Source: Verrucomicrobiia bacterium (GTDB lineage Bacteria > Verrucomicrobiota > Verrucomicrobiia > Limisphaerales > UBA11358). Taken from it: 32,959 nt of DNA. Numbering within the stretch: the stretch's first letter is position 1; each line of letters opens with the position of its first letter. Shown one piece after another: positions 16,769 through 25,081 of the stretch. The DNA lies in the NCBI GenBank assembly GCA_035279985.1, contig DATEGR010000062.1, positions 1 to 32,959 of the forward strand, given 5' to 3'. Position numbers and translations under genes: made by a program. Under the pieces are notes generated by a model. The model saw nothing but the letters and a program-made list of their open reading frames with translations. It was not told the origin of the DNA and ran no database searches.

Positions 16769-19063
16769 TTAGATAGAATACTCGCCCACCAGCCAGTTGA
16801 GATATTTTTCCAGATTTGTGTAGCCGTCTCCGTTGGAATCGGCGTTGGCGTCATTCGGATCGTTCGGGTTCAAACCATGGGCCTTTTCCCAGTCGTCCGG
16901 GATGCCGTCGTGATCGGCGTCCGCCGGCACGTTGTAAGTTTTATATTCCGGCCAGGGAAAATCCGGCGAGCCCAGTGCGCTTTTGTCGTCGGTCTGCGTG
17001 TCAATGATGCCGGGATAATTCGGGCCGGGCCGGTCGCCGTAGGTCGGGCCGCGGGTGCCGATAAATTCCGCCGTGCCGTTACGCACGTCCGCGATGAGGT
17101 GGCGGTCAATCACGTCCTGCCTGGGGAAATTTGCGCCGACGTTTGCAAGCACGTTCGTGAACGCTTCCCGGGCGGACTGCGTGGTGACGTAGGATGGATA
17201 GAGCGGGTGATCCACGCGCACCTGTTTTTCCACCTGCGGCCCGTTCCAAAACGCCGACCAATTGTTGGTCTCGTTCACATACCCTTCCAGAACGTTGCCG
17301 GTCATGTAATAACTTTCCGTGCCCCAGTTGGGATTAATGGGATCCAGCTTCAGCAACCATTTCACGAACGGGTTTTGGGGATAGGGCTTGTAGTAGTTGT
17401 TGACATAATTAAGCTCCGCCACGCCGCCGTCCGTGGTGCGCGCCGTCCAGTTATAAACGACATTGTTGCGGATGTCCAAATAACCGGCGTAATGCCCGCC
17501 TTTGGTCAGGCCGCCGGCCAGGCTCCAGTTCCGGTCCGTGCAATCCGCGAGCAGGTTGTGGTGATAGCTGCCGATGTCGCCGCTGATGGAGCCGGCAAAG
17601 GCGTGCGTTTCCAGCTTCGTCCGGTCGTTGGCGCGGTAATGCGGGCCGTGATGCAGGGCCTCGGCGACGATGTTACGCTGGAAGGTGATGTTCTTCGCGC
17701 CGCGTGAACTGGTGCCCTCATCCGAGCTCCAACTGATGGAGCAATGATCTATAATGCAGTTGTCGCAACTGCCCAAACCCGCGCCATCCATTGCCTTCCT
17801 GGCAAAATCCCCGATCCGGAAACGCAGATAGCGGATGATAACGTCGTGCGTGCCGTAAGCGCCACCGGAAAAATTGGCCAGGCAGATGCCGTCGCCGGGC
17901 GCGGTCTGCCCGGCAATGGTGCAATACGGATTGTGGACGGCGCAGGGCGCTTTGAGCCGGATGAGACCGGAAACCCGGAAAACAATCGTGCGCGGACCTT
18001 CGGCTTCGACGGCTGCGCGGAAACTTCCCGGAATCACCGCTTCGCCTTTGCTCCGGTCATAATCCCGCAGGTTGGTGACTTCAATCACCCGGCCGCCGCG
18101 ACCGCCGATGGCAAAGCGTCCATAACCTTCCGCCGTCGGGAACGCGAGATGCCGGACGCGAAAGCGCCAGACCTCGCCGCGCGTGACTTTGCCCGCTGCA
18201 TCCACCTCGTCCACGCGCCAGAAATAGTTTTGCCTGGAGTCGAGTTTGGGGAGGGATGGATAAGATGCATGGGACAGCTTTCCCTTGAATGCCGGCGAGG
18301 CGGTGGTCGCGTTCGCCACGGCGTTTGAATCGGTTCCAAAAAAGAATTGGTGCGAGAGAGCGTTGGCGGGGAATTTCCAGGTCAATGGCATTTTATTCGG
18401 CCAGTGCTCATCGTCGTTGGCGGGTGCCGGCTCGATGGCCTGCCGGCGCGGGTCGGGCACGTCAATGGCAAAACCATTGAGGATCAGGCTACGATTGGTG
18501 CCGGACGGTTCCGGACGGAAATGGAGTACCACGTCCTTCCCGGCGGTCGCGTCCACTTCCAGAAAAGTGCTGGCGACTTCGTCATCGTTGGTGGCGCGAT
18601 GGGTCGGCGTGAAATCCTGGATTCGTGGAGTACCATCCACCAGCACGTCGATCCGGGCCGGCGCCAGGTTGCGCACTTCGTTGTGATACGTGACGATGGT
18701 GTGTTGGCCGGGCGTCAATCCGCTGATCACCATGTCAAAACCATCCTCGCCAGAGGAATTCCCGGTCACCATGCCGTCGCAGCCCATATGGGCGCCATAA
18801 TCCAGCAGGCCCTTGAACAAGACCGGCGCCAGGCTGCCTCCCGGTGTGCGGAAAGTGACGGTGACGCTGCCAAAGGAATGGGAGCCGGACTTGCCTTCGT
18901 GCCACGCCCAGTTTTCCCAATGCGGCGTGAGCAAATCCGTCCGCCGTTCAGGTGGATTCAAGTCCACCCTTAACCCGGCTGCCGGACAGGTTGCGCCCCA
19001 GGCCATCAACATCCACATAATGGCGGAGACAAATTTGCCCTTATGACCCAATAAGAAACTCAT
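16769..19063 (-). CDS. Secreted pectate lyase, PL1 family, with CBM-like + FN3-like N-terminal module and C-terminal DxDxDG pair
   Basis: The ORF runs to 19078 (TTG). The ATG at 19063 gives MSFLLGHKGKFVSAIMWMLMAWGA... Signatures: 'RHLAFPTAEGYGRFAIGGRGGRVIEVTNL', 'IIDHCSISWSSDE', 'SYHHNLLADCTDRNWSLAGG', 'DIRNNVVYNW'. The C-terminus reads 'DADHDGIPDDWEKAHGLNPNDPNDANADSNGDGYTNLEKYLNWL'. Confidence 0.9.
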   Translation of the reverse strand: MSFLLGHKGKFVSAIMWMLMAWGATCPAAGLRVDLNPPERRTDLLTPHWENWAWHEGKSGSHSFGSVTVTFRTPGGSLAPVLFKGLLDYGAHMGCDGMVTGNSSGEDGFDMVISGLTPGQHTIVTYHNEVRNLAPARIDVLVDGTPRIQDFTPTHRATNDDEVASTFLEVDATAGKDVVLHFRPEPSGTNRSLILNGFAIDVPDPRRQAIEPAPANDDEHWPNKMPLTWKFPANALSHQFFFGTDSNAVANATTASPAFKGKLSHASYPSLPKLDSRQNYFWRVDEVDAAGKVTRGEVWRFRVRHLAFPTAEGYGRFAIGGRGGRVIEVTNLRDYDRSKGEAVIPGSFRAAVEAEGPRTIVFRVSGLIRLKAPCAVHNPYCTIAGQTAPGDGICLANFSGGAYGTHDVIIRYLRFRIGDFARKAMDGAGLGSCDNCIIDHCSISWSSDEGTSSRGAKNITFQRNIVAEALHHGPHYRANDRTKLETHAFAGSISGDIGSYHHNLLADCTDRNWSLAGGLTKGGHYAGYLDIRNNVVYNWTARTTDGGVAELNYVNNYYKPYPQNPFVKWLLKLDPINPNWGTESYYMTGNVLEGYVNETNNWSAFWNGPQVEKQVRVDHPLYPSYVTTQSAREAFTNVLANVGANFPRQDVIDRHLIADVRNGTAEFIGTRGPTYGDRPGPNYPGIIDTQTDDKSALGSPDFPWPEYKTYNVPADADHDGIPDDWEKAHGLNPNDPNDANADSNGDGYTNLEKYLNWLVGEYSI

Positions 19064-19140
19064 GCCAAAATCAATCAATGCTTACCAGCTTCCGATGCGG
19101 CTGAATACGCCCGTCACCGCCAACCACCCTTACTGCAAGT

Positions 19141-19185
19141 AAAAGCCGGGGCCAACCCCGCACCGCGGGATCAACCCCGGCTTTG
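19141..19185 (-). terminator. Rho-independent-type terminator after the 1175-aa gene
   Basis: Minus-strand RNA: AAAGCCGGGG-uugau-CCCGC-ggu-GCGGG-guugg-CCCCGGCUUU-U. The outer stem is 10 bp (19142..19151 / 19175..19184), the inner stem is 5 bp, and it ends in UUUU. It lies 39 nt after the stop at 19224. It is the only strong GC hairpin with a U run that I found in the train. Confidence 0.55.
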
Positions 19186-19223
19186 CAAACCAAACCCAAG
19201 GCCGACGATTCCCTCCGTTGATT

Positions 19224-22200
19224 TTATGGATCGACCAACCGATAAAAGACGCTGGCGTTGGTTATCGAGTTGGTAAAGACTAACGCGGTATTCGTCCAAG
19301 ATCCCTTTACTCGCGTCCAGTTGGTGTTGTTCAAGCCGTTGGTAAGCGAGTCGACCTGCGTCTCGAGCACCCAACCTGGCTGAGCTTTCGGCCAGGAGAA
19401 CGTTCCCACTACATTCGTGCCTGAAACGATCGCGAAACTGTTCGTCAGATACACGACCGGTGTAGCCACGACGCCAATGTAACCATTCGGCCAAAATTGG
19501 CTGAAATCCCAGGACAGTCCCGGACCGGGCGTCGCCGGCACAATGATGGGATAGGAGTTGGTGGAGGTTCCGGTGGGAATCACATTATCGCCGCCGAAGG
19601 AATTGCCAAAGAAGTTGAACGCCTGTCCCGCTGCGAACGGTGCCCCACCAATATTCGTTATGACGAGCGTGCCACCGTTTTGTGATTGGACACTCTGGCT
19701 TGGGCCGTAATCCTGGGCGCCGGCAAACACCATGGCGCTGTTTGGCGTGTTGGTGGGATTCACTGCCAACAGGGTGGTGGAGCCGCTGTTGAGCGACAAG
19801 CGTCCGGGCACCGTGCCAATACCGTCCGAATTAATCGTTGTGCTGCCGAGCCCGCCATTACCCGGAATAAACGTTGCGCCGGCCAAAATATTCAACCGGA
19901 ACAGTGTCATGGAGCCCGCACCGGTGTCCTCCAATGTGCCATCGACCTGCAGCGTACCGCCATTGGCCACGCCGGTGTCACTGATGGTGCCCACGTTCAG
20001 CAGTAAGGCATTGGTGCCCACCGTGCCGGTTGGGCCCATGTCACTGATACTGCCGGAATTATCCATGAACGAACCGGTTTCCAGTGAGATTGGACCATTG
20101 ATGGCATTCAAATTGGTGAAAACTGCGCCATTCTGGACATCCACCAGGCCGGTAATGGTGCCGGAGCTGGTTCCCGTTCCGCCGCAAATTACTCCCGCCT
20201 TGATGGTGCCGGCATAAACCATGGTGGCGCCGGGTGAAATGTCAACCGAGTTGACCGTACCGGCGCCCGTCAGCGTTCCCTGTGTGAGGTTCACCGACAA
20301 TTCCGTGGATGCCTCGATGTCCAGGGAAGCGGTGCCGGCCTTGGTCAGGATGGCGCTGCCCACGGTGATGCCGCTTCCGCTGAGGATATAGTTCTGCAAC
20401 GAGTTGGTCATGGCGACCGAACTGACGATTAACGATCCTACCAGGTTGATGTTGGTGGGGATGGACGCGGTATCGTCAAAGGAAACGTCATCGAGATTGG
20501 CGAAGTTCGTATGCAGTCCCGTGCTCAGGTCCAGCCAATTTTTCGTGGTGGTATCCCAGTTGTTGTTCACGTAGCCGCGCCAGACCAGGGACTTGGGAAC
20601 GCTCGTCGAGATATAGACATCAATCGTACTGCCCGGACCATTATTGATGATGGTGCCGCTGTATCCGCCCGGCAAACTGACGTCCAACGTGGGCGAGCCG
20701 ACGGCGTATTGAATCAGGGGAACCTGGGCCGGCAGCGTCAGATTGTTGATGGCGCCGATCTGAATCGTGTTGCCCGAACCGGTGGTCGTCAGATTATTGA
20801 CGAAGGCATAGGCCCCGCTGTGGTTGCCGTTGACGAAAAGTTCCATGGTCGAATTACCTCCAAAACTAAGCAGGCCCAGGGATCCATTCGGCGTGGAATC
20901 GGCGATGTTGTTGGAGACGACCAGCAGGGCTCCGCTCGTGAGCGTGATCTGGTTGAGCTGGCCGTGCCCATCGGTGGAACCGACCAGGCCGGAGGTCTTG
21001 GTCACTCCTCCCACACCGATGGTGTTGGCAATCACGGTGCCACCCGGACCGATGTTGATGATGCCGTAGGTGGAACCCGGATCGGAAAGGTCACTAATGC
21101 CTGCCGTGGTATAACCCAGTTCCAGATCAGTATTGGCCCGGAAAACGGCGGTGTTGGAGACAATCAACTGCGCCTGGCAATAGTCGAGATTCGTTTGGTT
21201 CCCTTGCTCCTGGTCTCCGAGGATGGCGGTATTGGCATCGAAAATTCCCGCGCCCAATCCCATCTTCGACTGTGCGGTGCAGCCACTGGAGGAATTCGGA
21301 CGATCTCGGGACATGATAAACCGGTCCACCAAAGCATCCACATAGCCGTTACCGCTGGCAAAATCCACGCCGGGAGCCTTGGTATTACCGCCAGCCGGGG
21401 TGGGACCGCCTGCGTCGGCCAGGCAGAACATGCTCATGCGGCTGACGCCATCGGTGTTGCGGAAGTAGACACTTGGATTGTCGCTGGCAAAATTCGTGTT
21501 AAAATTCACCGAGCCATCAGCCGCGCCAAATCCGCTGATGCAAAGGCTGTCCATGTTGAAGGAGTTCGAGATGCCCAGACTGATCAGGAGCAATTTGCTG
21601 GAACTCGTCGCCTGATTCAAATTATTGCCCAGAATCAGGCTGTAGGCCCGGTTCGTGCCATTGGTATAATCATTGGGATCCGCATAGACGGCTTTGACGA
21701 CATTCGTCATCGCCAGTTTGACCGTTGGCAGGTAAAGCTTGGGCACGCCATTGTATCCGTTCGTCTGGAGGTTCCAGAAGTTCGGATAGAGCAGGTAATC
21801 TCCCAGCCCGACCTGGCTGACATCCGCCTTATAATTGCCCAACCCCGACAGGTCCAGGGTGCTGGTTTGGCTATTATCAATCAGCGTCGCAATACTGGCA
21901 GTTTCGTTACTGACCAGCAGGGTGCCGGATTGGCCTGCCACCGTGACATTCATTCCTGACCCAAGGCCCACGTAATCCCGCAACTGGCTGAAACCATTGG
22001 TCCCGGTGACGGCAAGGGTCACATTCGGATCAATCAGCACGGTTTGAACGTTAGTGCTGCTATTGGTTTGCGAAAAACGCAGGGAGCCAATGGTGAAATT
22101 TTGGTTCACGATACTATTGGTGGTCACGGATGATTGGGCCCCCGCCTGGGTAAACACCACATCATCGTTGGCGCCGGGCAGGACTCCTCCATTCCAGTTC

Positions 22201-22751
22201 CCGGTATCCGACCAGTTGATGGTCGAGCCGCCGACTTTCCACAGATCCGCTACTTGCAAGGTGATGAAGAGAGTATTGGTTGCCCCATTGGCCGCGTTGA
22301 GGTCGAAGGTATAAATTCCCTCCGCCACGTTCGCGAGCGTCAAGGTCAGGTTCGCCCCCCCGCTATTGGTAAAAGCCGTTTTATCGAGGCTCGCGGAGGC
22401 ACCTGTTGGCAAGCCCGACACGGACAGGTCCACCTCGTTTGAACCGCCAGCGATCGTTACGTGGTTGGAAATCACCAAGGAACCGCTAAAATTAAATGGC
22501 ACCGTCAGCCGCAGTGGTATGGCGGTCAGGTTGACGGTTTCCTGCGCCGCCGCCGGCATCACTAGCGCGGCTAAAAGCAAACAAGCGAGGGCCAGCCCGG
22601 ACCTTGTGCGGGAGGCGATCCTTGATATTGAGCCTGCGCCGGGTTCGGCGACATAACAGCCAGTGGGGTTGAGTAGGTTCATTCGCATAGGTTTTGATTT
22701 AGGTTGATTGACAGGGAGGGAGTGAATTGAGGATTTTTTAGCTGTGTTCAT
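19224..22751 (-). CDS. Large secreted beta-strand-repeat (autotransporter-passenger-like, PATR-type) surface protein without beta-barrel, with FYR-ending C-terminal domain
   Basis: 1175 aa, very rich in G/T/S/N/V. Repeat units of the type '..LSGSGITVGSAILTKAGTASLDIEASTELSVNLTQGTLTGAGTVNSV..' are typical of autotransporter-associated beta-strand repeats. The hydrophobic signal core LALACLLLAALVMPAAAQE sits about 50-70 residues in; alternative starts are at 22688 and 22682. The C-terminus is '..WTRVKGSWTNTALVFTNSITNASVFYRLVDP'. Confidence 0.85.
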   Translation of the reverse strand: MNTAKKSSIHSLPVNQPKSKPMRMNLLNPTGCYVAEPGAGSISRIASRTRSGLALACLLLAALVMPAAAQETVNLTAIPLRLTVPFNFSGSLVISNHVTIAGGSNEVDLSVSGLPTGASASLDKTAFTNSGGANLTLTLANVAEGIYTFDLNAANGATNTLFITLQVADLWKVGGSTINWSDTGNWNGGVLPGANDDVVFTQAGAQSSVTTNSIVNQNFTIGSLRFSQTNSSTNVQTVLIDPNVTLAVTGTNGFSQLRDYVGLGSGMNVTVAGQSGTLLVSNETASIATLIDNSQTSTLDLSGLGNYKADVSQVGLGDYLLYPNFWNLQTNGYNGVPKLYLPTVKLAMTNVVKAVYADPNDYTNGTNRAYSLILGNNLNQATSSSKLLLISLGISNSFNMDSLCISGFGAADGSVNFNTNFASDNPSVYFRNTDGVSRMSMFCLADAGGPTPAGGNTKAPGVDFASGNGYVDALVDRFIMSRDRPNSSSGCTAQSKMGLGAGIFDANTAILGDQEQGNQTNLDYCQAQLIVSNTAVFRANTDLELGYTTAGISDLSDPGSTYGIINIGPGGTVIANTIGVGGVTKTSGLVGSTDGHGQLNQITLTSGALLVVSNNIADSTPNGSLGLLSFGGNSTMELFVNGNHSGAYAFVNNLTTTGSGNTIQIGAINNLTLPAQVPLIQYAVGSPTLDVSLPGGYSGTIINNGPGSTIDVYISTSVPKSLVWRGYVNNNWDTTTKNWLDLSTGLHTNFANLDDVSFDDTASIPTNINLVGSLIVSSVAMTNSLQNYILSGSGITVGSAILTKAGTASLDIEASTELSVNLTQGTLTGAGTVNSVDISPGATMVYAGTIKAGVICGGTGTSSGTITGLVDVQNGAVFTNLNAINGPISLETGSFMDNSGSISDMGPTGTVGTNALLLNVGTISDTGVANGGTLQVDGTLEDTGAGSMTLFRLNILAGATFIPGNGGLGSTTINSDGIGTVPGRLSLNSGSTTLLAVNPTNTPNSAMVFAGAQDYGPSQSVQSQNGGTLVITNIGGAPFAAGQAFNFFGNSFGGDNVIPTGTSTNSYPIIVPATPGPGLSWDFSQFWPNGYIGVVATPVVYLTNSFAIVSGTNVVGTFSWPKAQPGWVLETQVDSLTNGLNNTNWTRVKGSWTNTALVFTNSITNASVFYRLVDP

Positions 22752-22783
22752 GATCGGTCCGCCAGCCTTTCGTCAGTCCGGCC

Positions 22784-23689
22784 TTATCGGTAAGGCATGT
22801 GGTCATCCATCCATTCGTAATCACGGCTGACACCCAGATTGACCATGCCCCAGGGGCTGCTGCTGCTGCCGCCGTAAGTTTTCATCAGGACTGGATACAC
22901 TGTCGTTCGGAGGCCGCCCGTTTCCTGCCACTTGTGGATCTCCGAATGTCCGTCGGCAAAAGAGAAACAACAGGCACCATTGAAGAAACTGGCCGGCAGG
23001 TCGCGCCATCTCTCGGAACCCTGGGACGCACCGGGATTGAACATGAACTTGCCATCGTTAATGCTGTCGGGGTGTTCGTCCAAAATCACAAAAACCATGG
23101 AAGGATGGATCAGATCCGTCGTTCTCACGACGTTGGAATTTCCTCCGTAATAGGCCCGGCCGCCGGGCGCGCTGCCTTCCACAATGGGGCCGGAAGAGCC
23201 GCCCAACGCGCCGTTCATGGCGTAACTGCGCACCCGCGGTCCAGGATTGGCGGAAGATTTGTAGTTGTCGGCCGGATCCTTAAACACATGGTAATTCCTG
23301 ATGTAAGGTGCCAGCAACGGTAATGGCTGCCCACTCGGTCGGGGACCCACCAGCAGGGTCGTGTCGATATTCTGCAGGCTCGCGCTCCAATCCATGGTGC
23401 CCAATACCCACGAGGACGATGACACCAGCTCTTCATGATGATCACCGGAATACTCGGCCCACGCCAACATCTGTTGCCGGGTGTTGGACATGGATTCCGT
23501 CGCCTGCGCCTTGAGCTTCGCCGCGGCCAGCACCGGCAGCAGCATGGCCGCCAGAATGGCAATGATGGCGATCACCACCAATAACTCAATCAACGTAAAC
23601 CCGTGGCCGCGGCCAGCCTCCCCACGACCCTTCTCGACACCGAGGTTAATGCCTTTCAAACGTAACGATCCACTTCGGGATTTATGCAT
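22784..23689 (-). CDS. Prepilin-type N-terminal cleavage/methylation domain protein, H-X9-DG / DUF1559-like pseudopilin (paralogue 1)
   Basis: 301 aa. The sequence 'GRGHG|[28 protein letters not shown]' shows a class III signal with Gly at -1, Phe at +1 and Glu at +5. The C-terminal '[18 protein letters not shown]' is the H-X9-DG region, here with Phe in place of the His. It is paralogous along its whole length to 23948..24868. Confidence 0.9.
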   Translation of the reverse strand: MHKSRSGSLRLKGINLGVEKGRGEAGRGHGFTLIELLVVIAIIAILAAMLLPVLAAAKLKAQATESMSNTRQQMLAWAEYSGDHHEELVSSSSWVLGTMDWSASLQNIDTTLLVGPRPSGQPLPLLAPYIRNYHVFKDPADNYKSSANPGPRVRSYAMNGALGGSSGPIVEGSAPGGRAYYGGNSNVVRTTDLIHPSMVFVILDEHPDSINDGKFMFNPGASQGSERWRDLPASFFNGACCFSFADGHSEIHKWQETGGLRTTVYPVLMKTYGGSSSSPWGMVNLGVSRDYEWMDDHMPYR

Positions 23690-23782
23690 ATTTGTAATGC
23701 TAGGATTAGTTAAAACCTAGCACATAGGTTGAAAAGGCAGAATGCAAAAATTGTCAAATCATTTGCTAAAAATGATAAGTGC
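23690..23782 (-). promoter_or_regulatory. Conserved AT-rich upstream region / 5' leader of pseudopilin paralogue 1
   Basis: Homologous to 24869..24980. TAATCCT lies exactly 13-19 nt upstream of the ATG in both copies (23702..23708, 24881..24887). Both also carry a second block, tcatttttagcaaatgatTTGACAatttttgcattctgcc vs tcatttttggtgatgatTTGCCGttattgcagattgttcc (minus strand). There is no Shine-Dalgarno-like purine run before either ATG. Confidence 0.45.
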
Positions 23783-23947
23783 TGGAGACGGCAAATGACC
23801 GGCGACGCAATGGGAAAGCGTGAAGCCACGCGATTGCGGCAGGTCACACACCCGTCGCAGGGTCAACATCTTACCGGATCAGGACGAGGCGGAGGTGCGC
23901 CAGTGCTGTCATGCGCGGGGACGTGCATCAAGATGGTCGCATGCCGG

Positions 23948-24868
23948 TTATTGGTAAGGCATGCGGTCGTTCATCCACGCGTAATCCCGGCTGCCATAGA
24001 TGCCGTCGTACAATTTGTGATTTCCCCACGGCGAATTGGCGCTATTGGCATAATTTTGATAGGTGACGGGATAAACCGCCTTCTTGACGCTGTCGGTTTC
24101 CACCCAATGGTGAATTTCCGAATGGCCATCGGCAAAAGAGAAGCAACAACCGCCGCCGTGGTAACTGGCCGGCAGGTTGCGCCAGATCTCATTCGCGGGA
24201 ATAGCTCCGGGGCTGAACTGATACACCGCATCGTCGATGCTGTCGGCGTGTTCGTCCAACATCACAAAGACGATGGCGGGATGGCGCAGATCTGACATTT
24301 TGTTGGCGTCCGTTTTCAGAGGTGAACTACTGCTCGACCCATAATACTTTCGATGTTCCGGGTAGACGCCCAGGACGTTGGGGCCGGAACTGCCGCCGCC
24401 CAGCGCGCCGTTCATGGCATAACTGCGGACCCGCGGACCGGGACTTTGAGAATTCCGGTAAGTATCCGACGGGCACTTATAAAGAGCCGCCGACTTGACA
24501 TAGTCTGCCATCAAGTTCGTGCCAACCAGCATCGACGTGTTGGTATTGTCGGTCGAGCCGGCCGCCCATTTCATCTGGCCGAAAACCCATTTATGATAAT
24601 CCATCAATTGCTCCTGACTATCGACGGTGTACATAATCCAGCCCAGCATCAATTGCCGGGTGTTGGACATGCAGCGAATCGCCTTCGCCCGTTCTTTCGC
24701 CGCCGCCAGCGCCGGCAACAGCATGGCCGCCAGGATGGCAATGATGGCAATCACCACCAGCAACTCAATCAGGGTAAAACCGTGACCACGGAGACATTTC
24801 CCACGACGCTTTTCCGCGCCAAAGCCAGCGCTCGCCAGCAGTGAAGATTCACTTTGGGGTTGGTGCAT
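23948..24868 (-). CDS. Prepilin-type N-terminal cleavage/methylation domain protein, H-X9-DG / DUF1559-like pseudopilin (paralogue 2)
   Basis: The ORF extends to 25057, but the ATG at 24868 gives a leader that aligns residue for residue with paralogue 1 ([30 protein letters not shown]|[28 protein letters not shown]). The C-terminal '[20 protein letters not shown]' is an exact H-X9-DG. Confidence 0.9.
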   Translation of the reverse strand: MHQPQSESSLLASAGFGAEKRRGKCLRGHGFTLIELLVVIAIIAILAAMLLPALAAAKERAKAIRCMSNTRQLMLGWIMYTVDSQEQLMDYHKWVFGQMKWAAGSTDNTNTSMLVGTNLMADYVKSAALYKCPSDTYRNSQSPGPRVRSYAMNGALGGGSSGPNVLGVYPEHRKYYGSSSSSPLKTDANKMSDLRHPAIVFVMLDEHADSIDDAVYQFSPGAIPANEIWRNLPASYHGGGCCFSFADGHSEIHHWVETDSVKKAVYPVTYQNYANSANSPWGNHKLYDGIYGSRDYAWMNDRMPYQ

Positions 24869-24980
24869 ATAATAAATAGCAGGATTAATAAATGCCAACA
24901 CGCTTTTCACCAACCCTAACACGTATCGCTTCAGGAACAATCTGCAATAACGGCAAATCATCACCAAAAATGAGAATTGC
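24869..24980 (-). promoter_or_regulatory. Conserved AT-rich upstream region / 5' leader of pseudopilin paralogue 2
   Basis: See 23690..23782. It has the same TAATCCT spacing to the ATG and the same distal block (24934..24980 vs 23736..23782). Confidence 0.45.
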
Positions 24981-25049
24981 CGGAGGCGGCGGATGATCAA
25001 CACGGGACGGGTAAGTTGTAATGACGCGGGTCGTGACCGCGCTTGGTGT

Positions 25050-25080
25050 TTTTGCAAACCGGCGCAGCCAGCTTGCGCCG
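25050..25080 (-). terminator. Candidate weak terminator hairpin downstream of the pseudopilin remnant / sialidase-like gene
   Basis: Minus strand: CGGCGCA-agctggc-TGCGCCG-GUUUGCAAAAAC. The stem is 7 bp (25060..25066 / 25074..25080) and starts 2 nt after the remnant's TAA. The U tract is short and interrupted. Confidence 0.3.
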
Positions 25081-25081
25081 A

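Noticed and set aside
19010-19063. Possible lipoprotein signal in PL1 16769..19063 (..AWGATC..).
   Set aside because: Thr at -1 does not fit the lipobox consensus [LVI][ASTVI][GAS]C. I treated it as an ordinary secretory signal.
24869-25057. 63-codon N-terminal extension of the second pseudopilin ORF.
   Set aside because: The ATG at 24868 gives a leader collinear with the paralogue, and the DNA upstream of it is homologous to the non-coding leader of paralogue 1.
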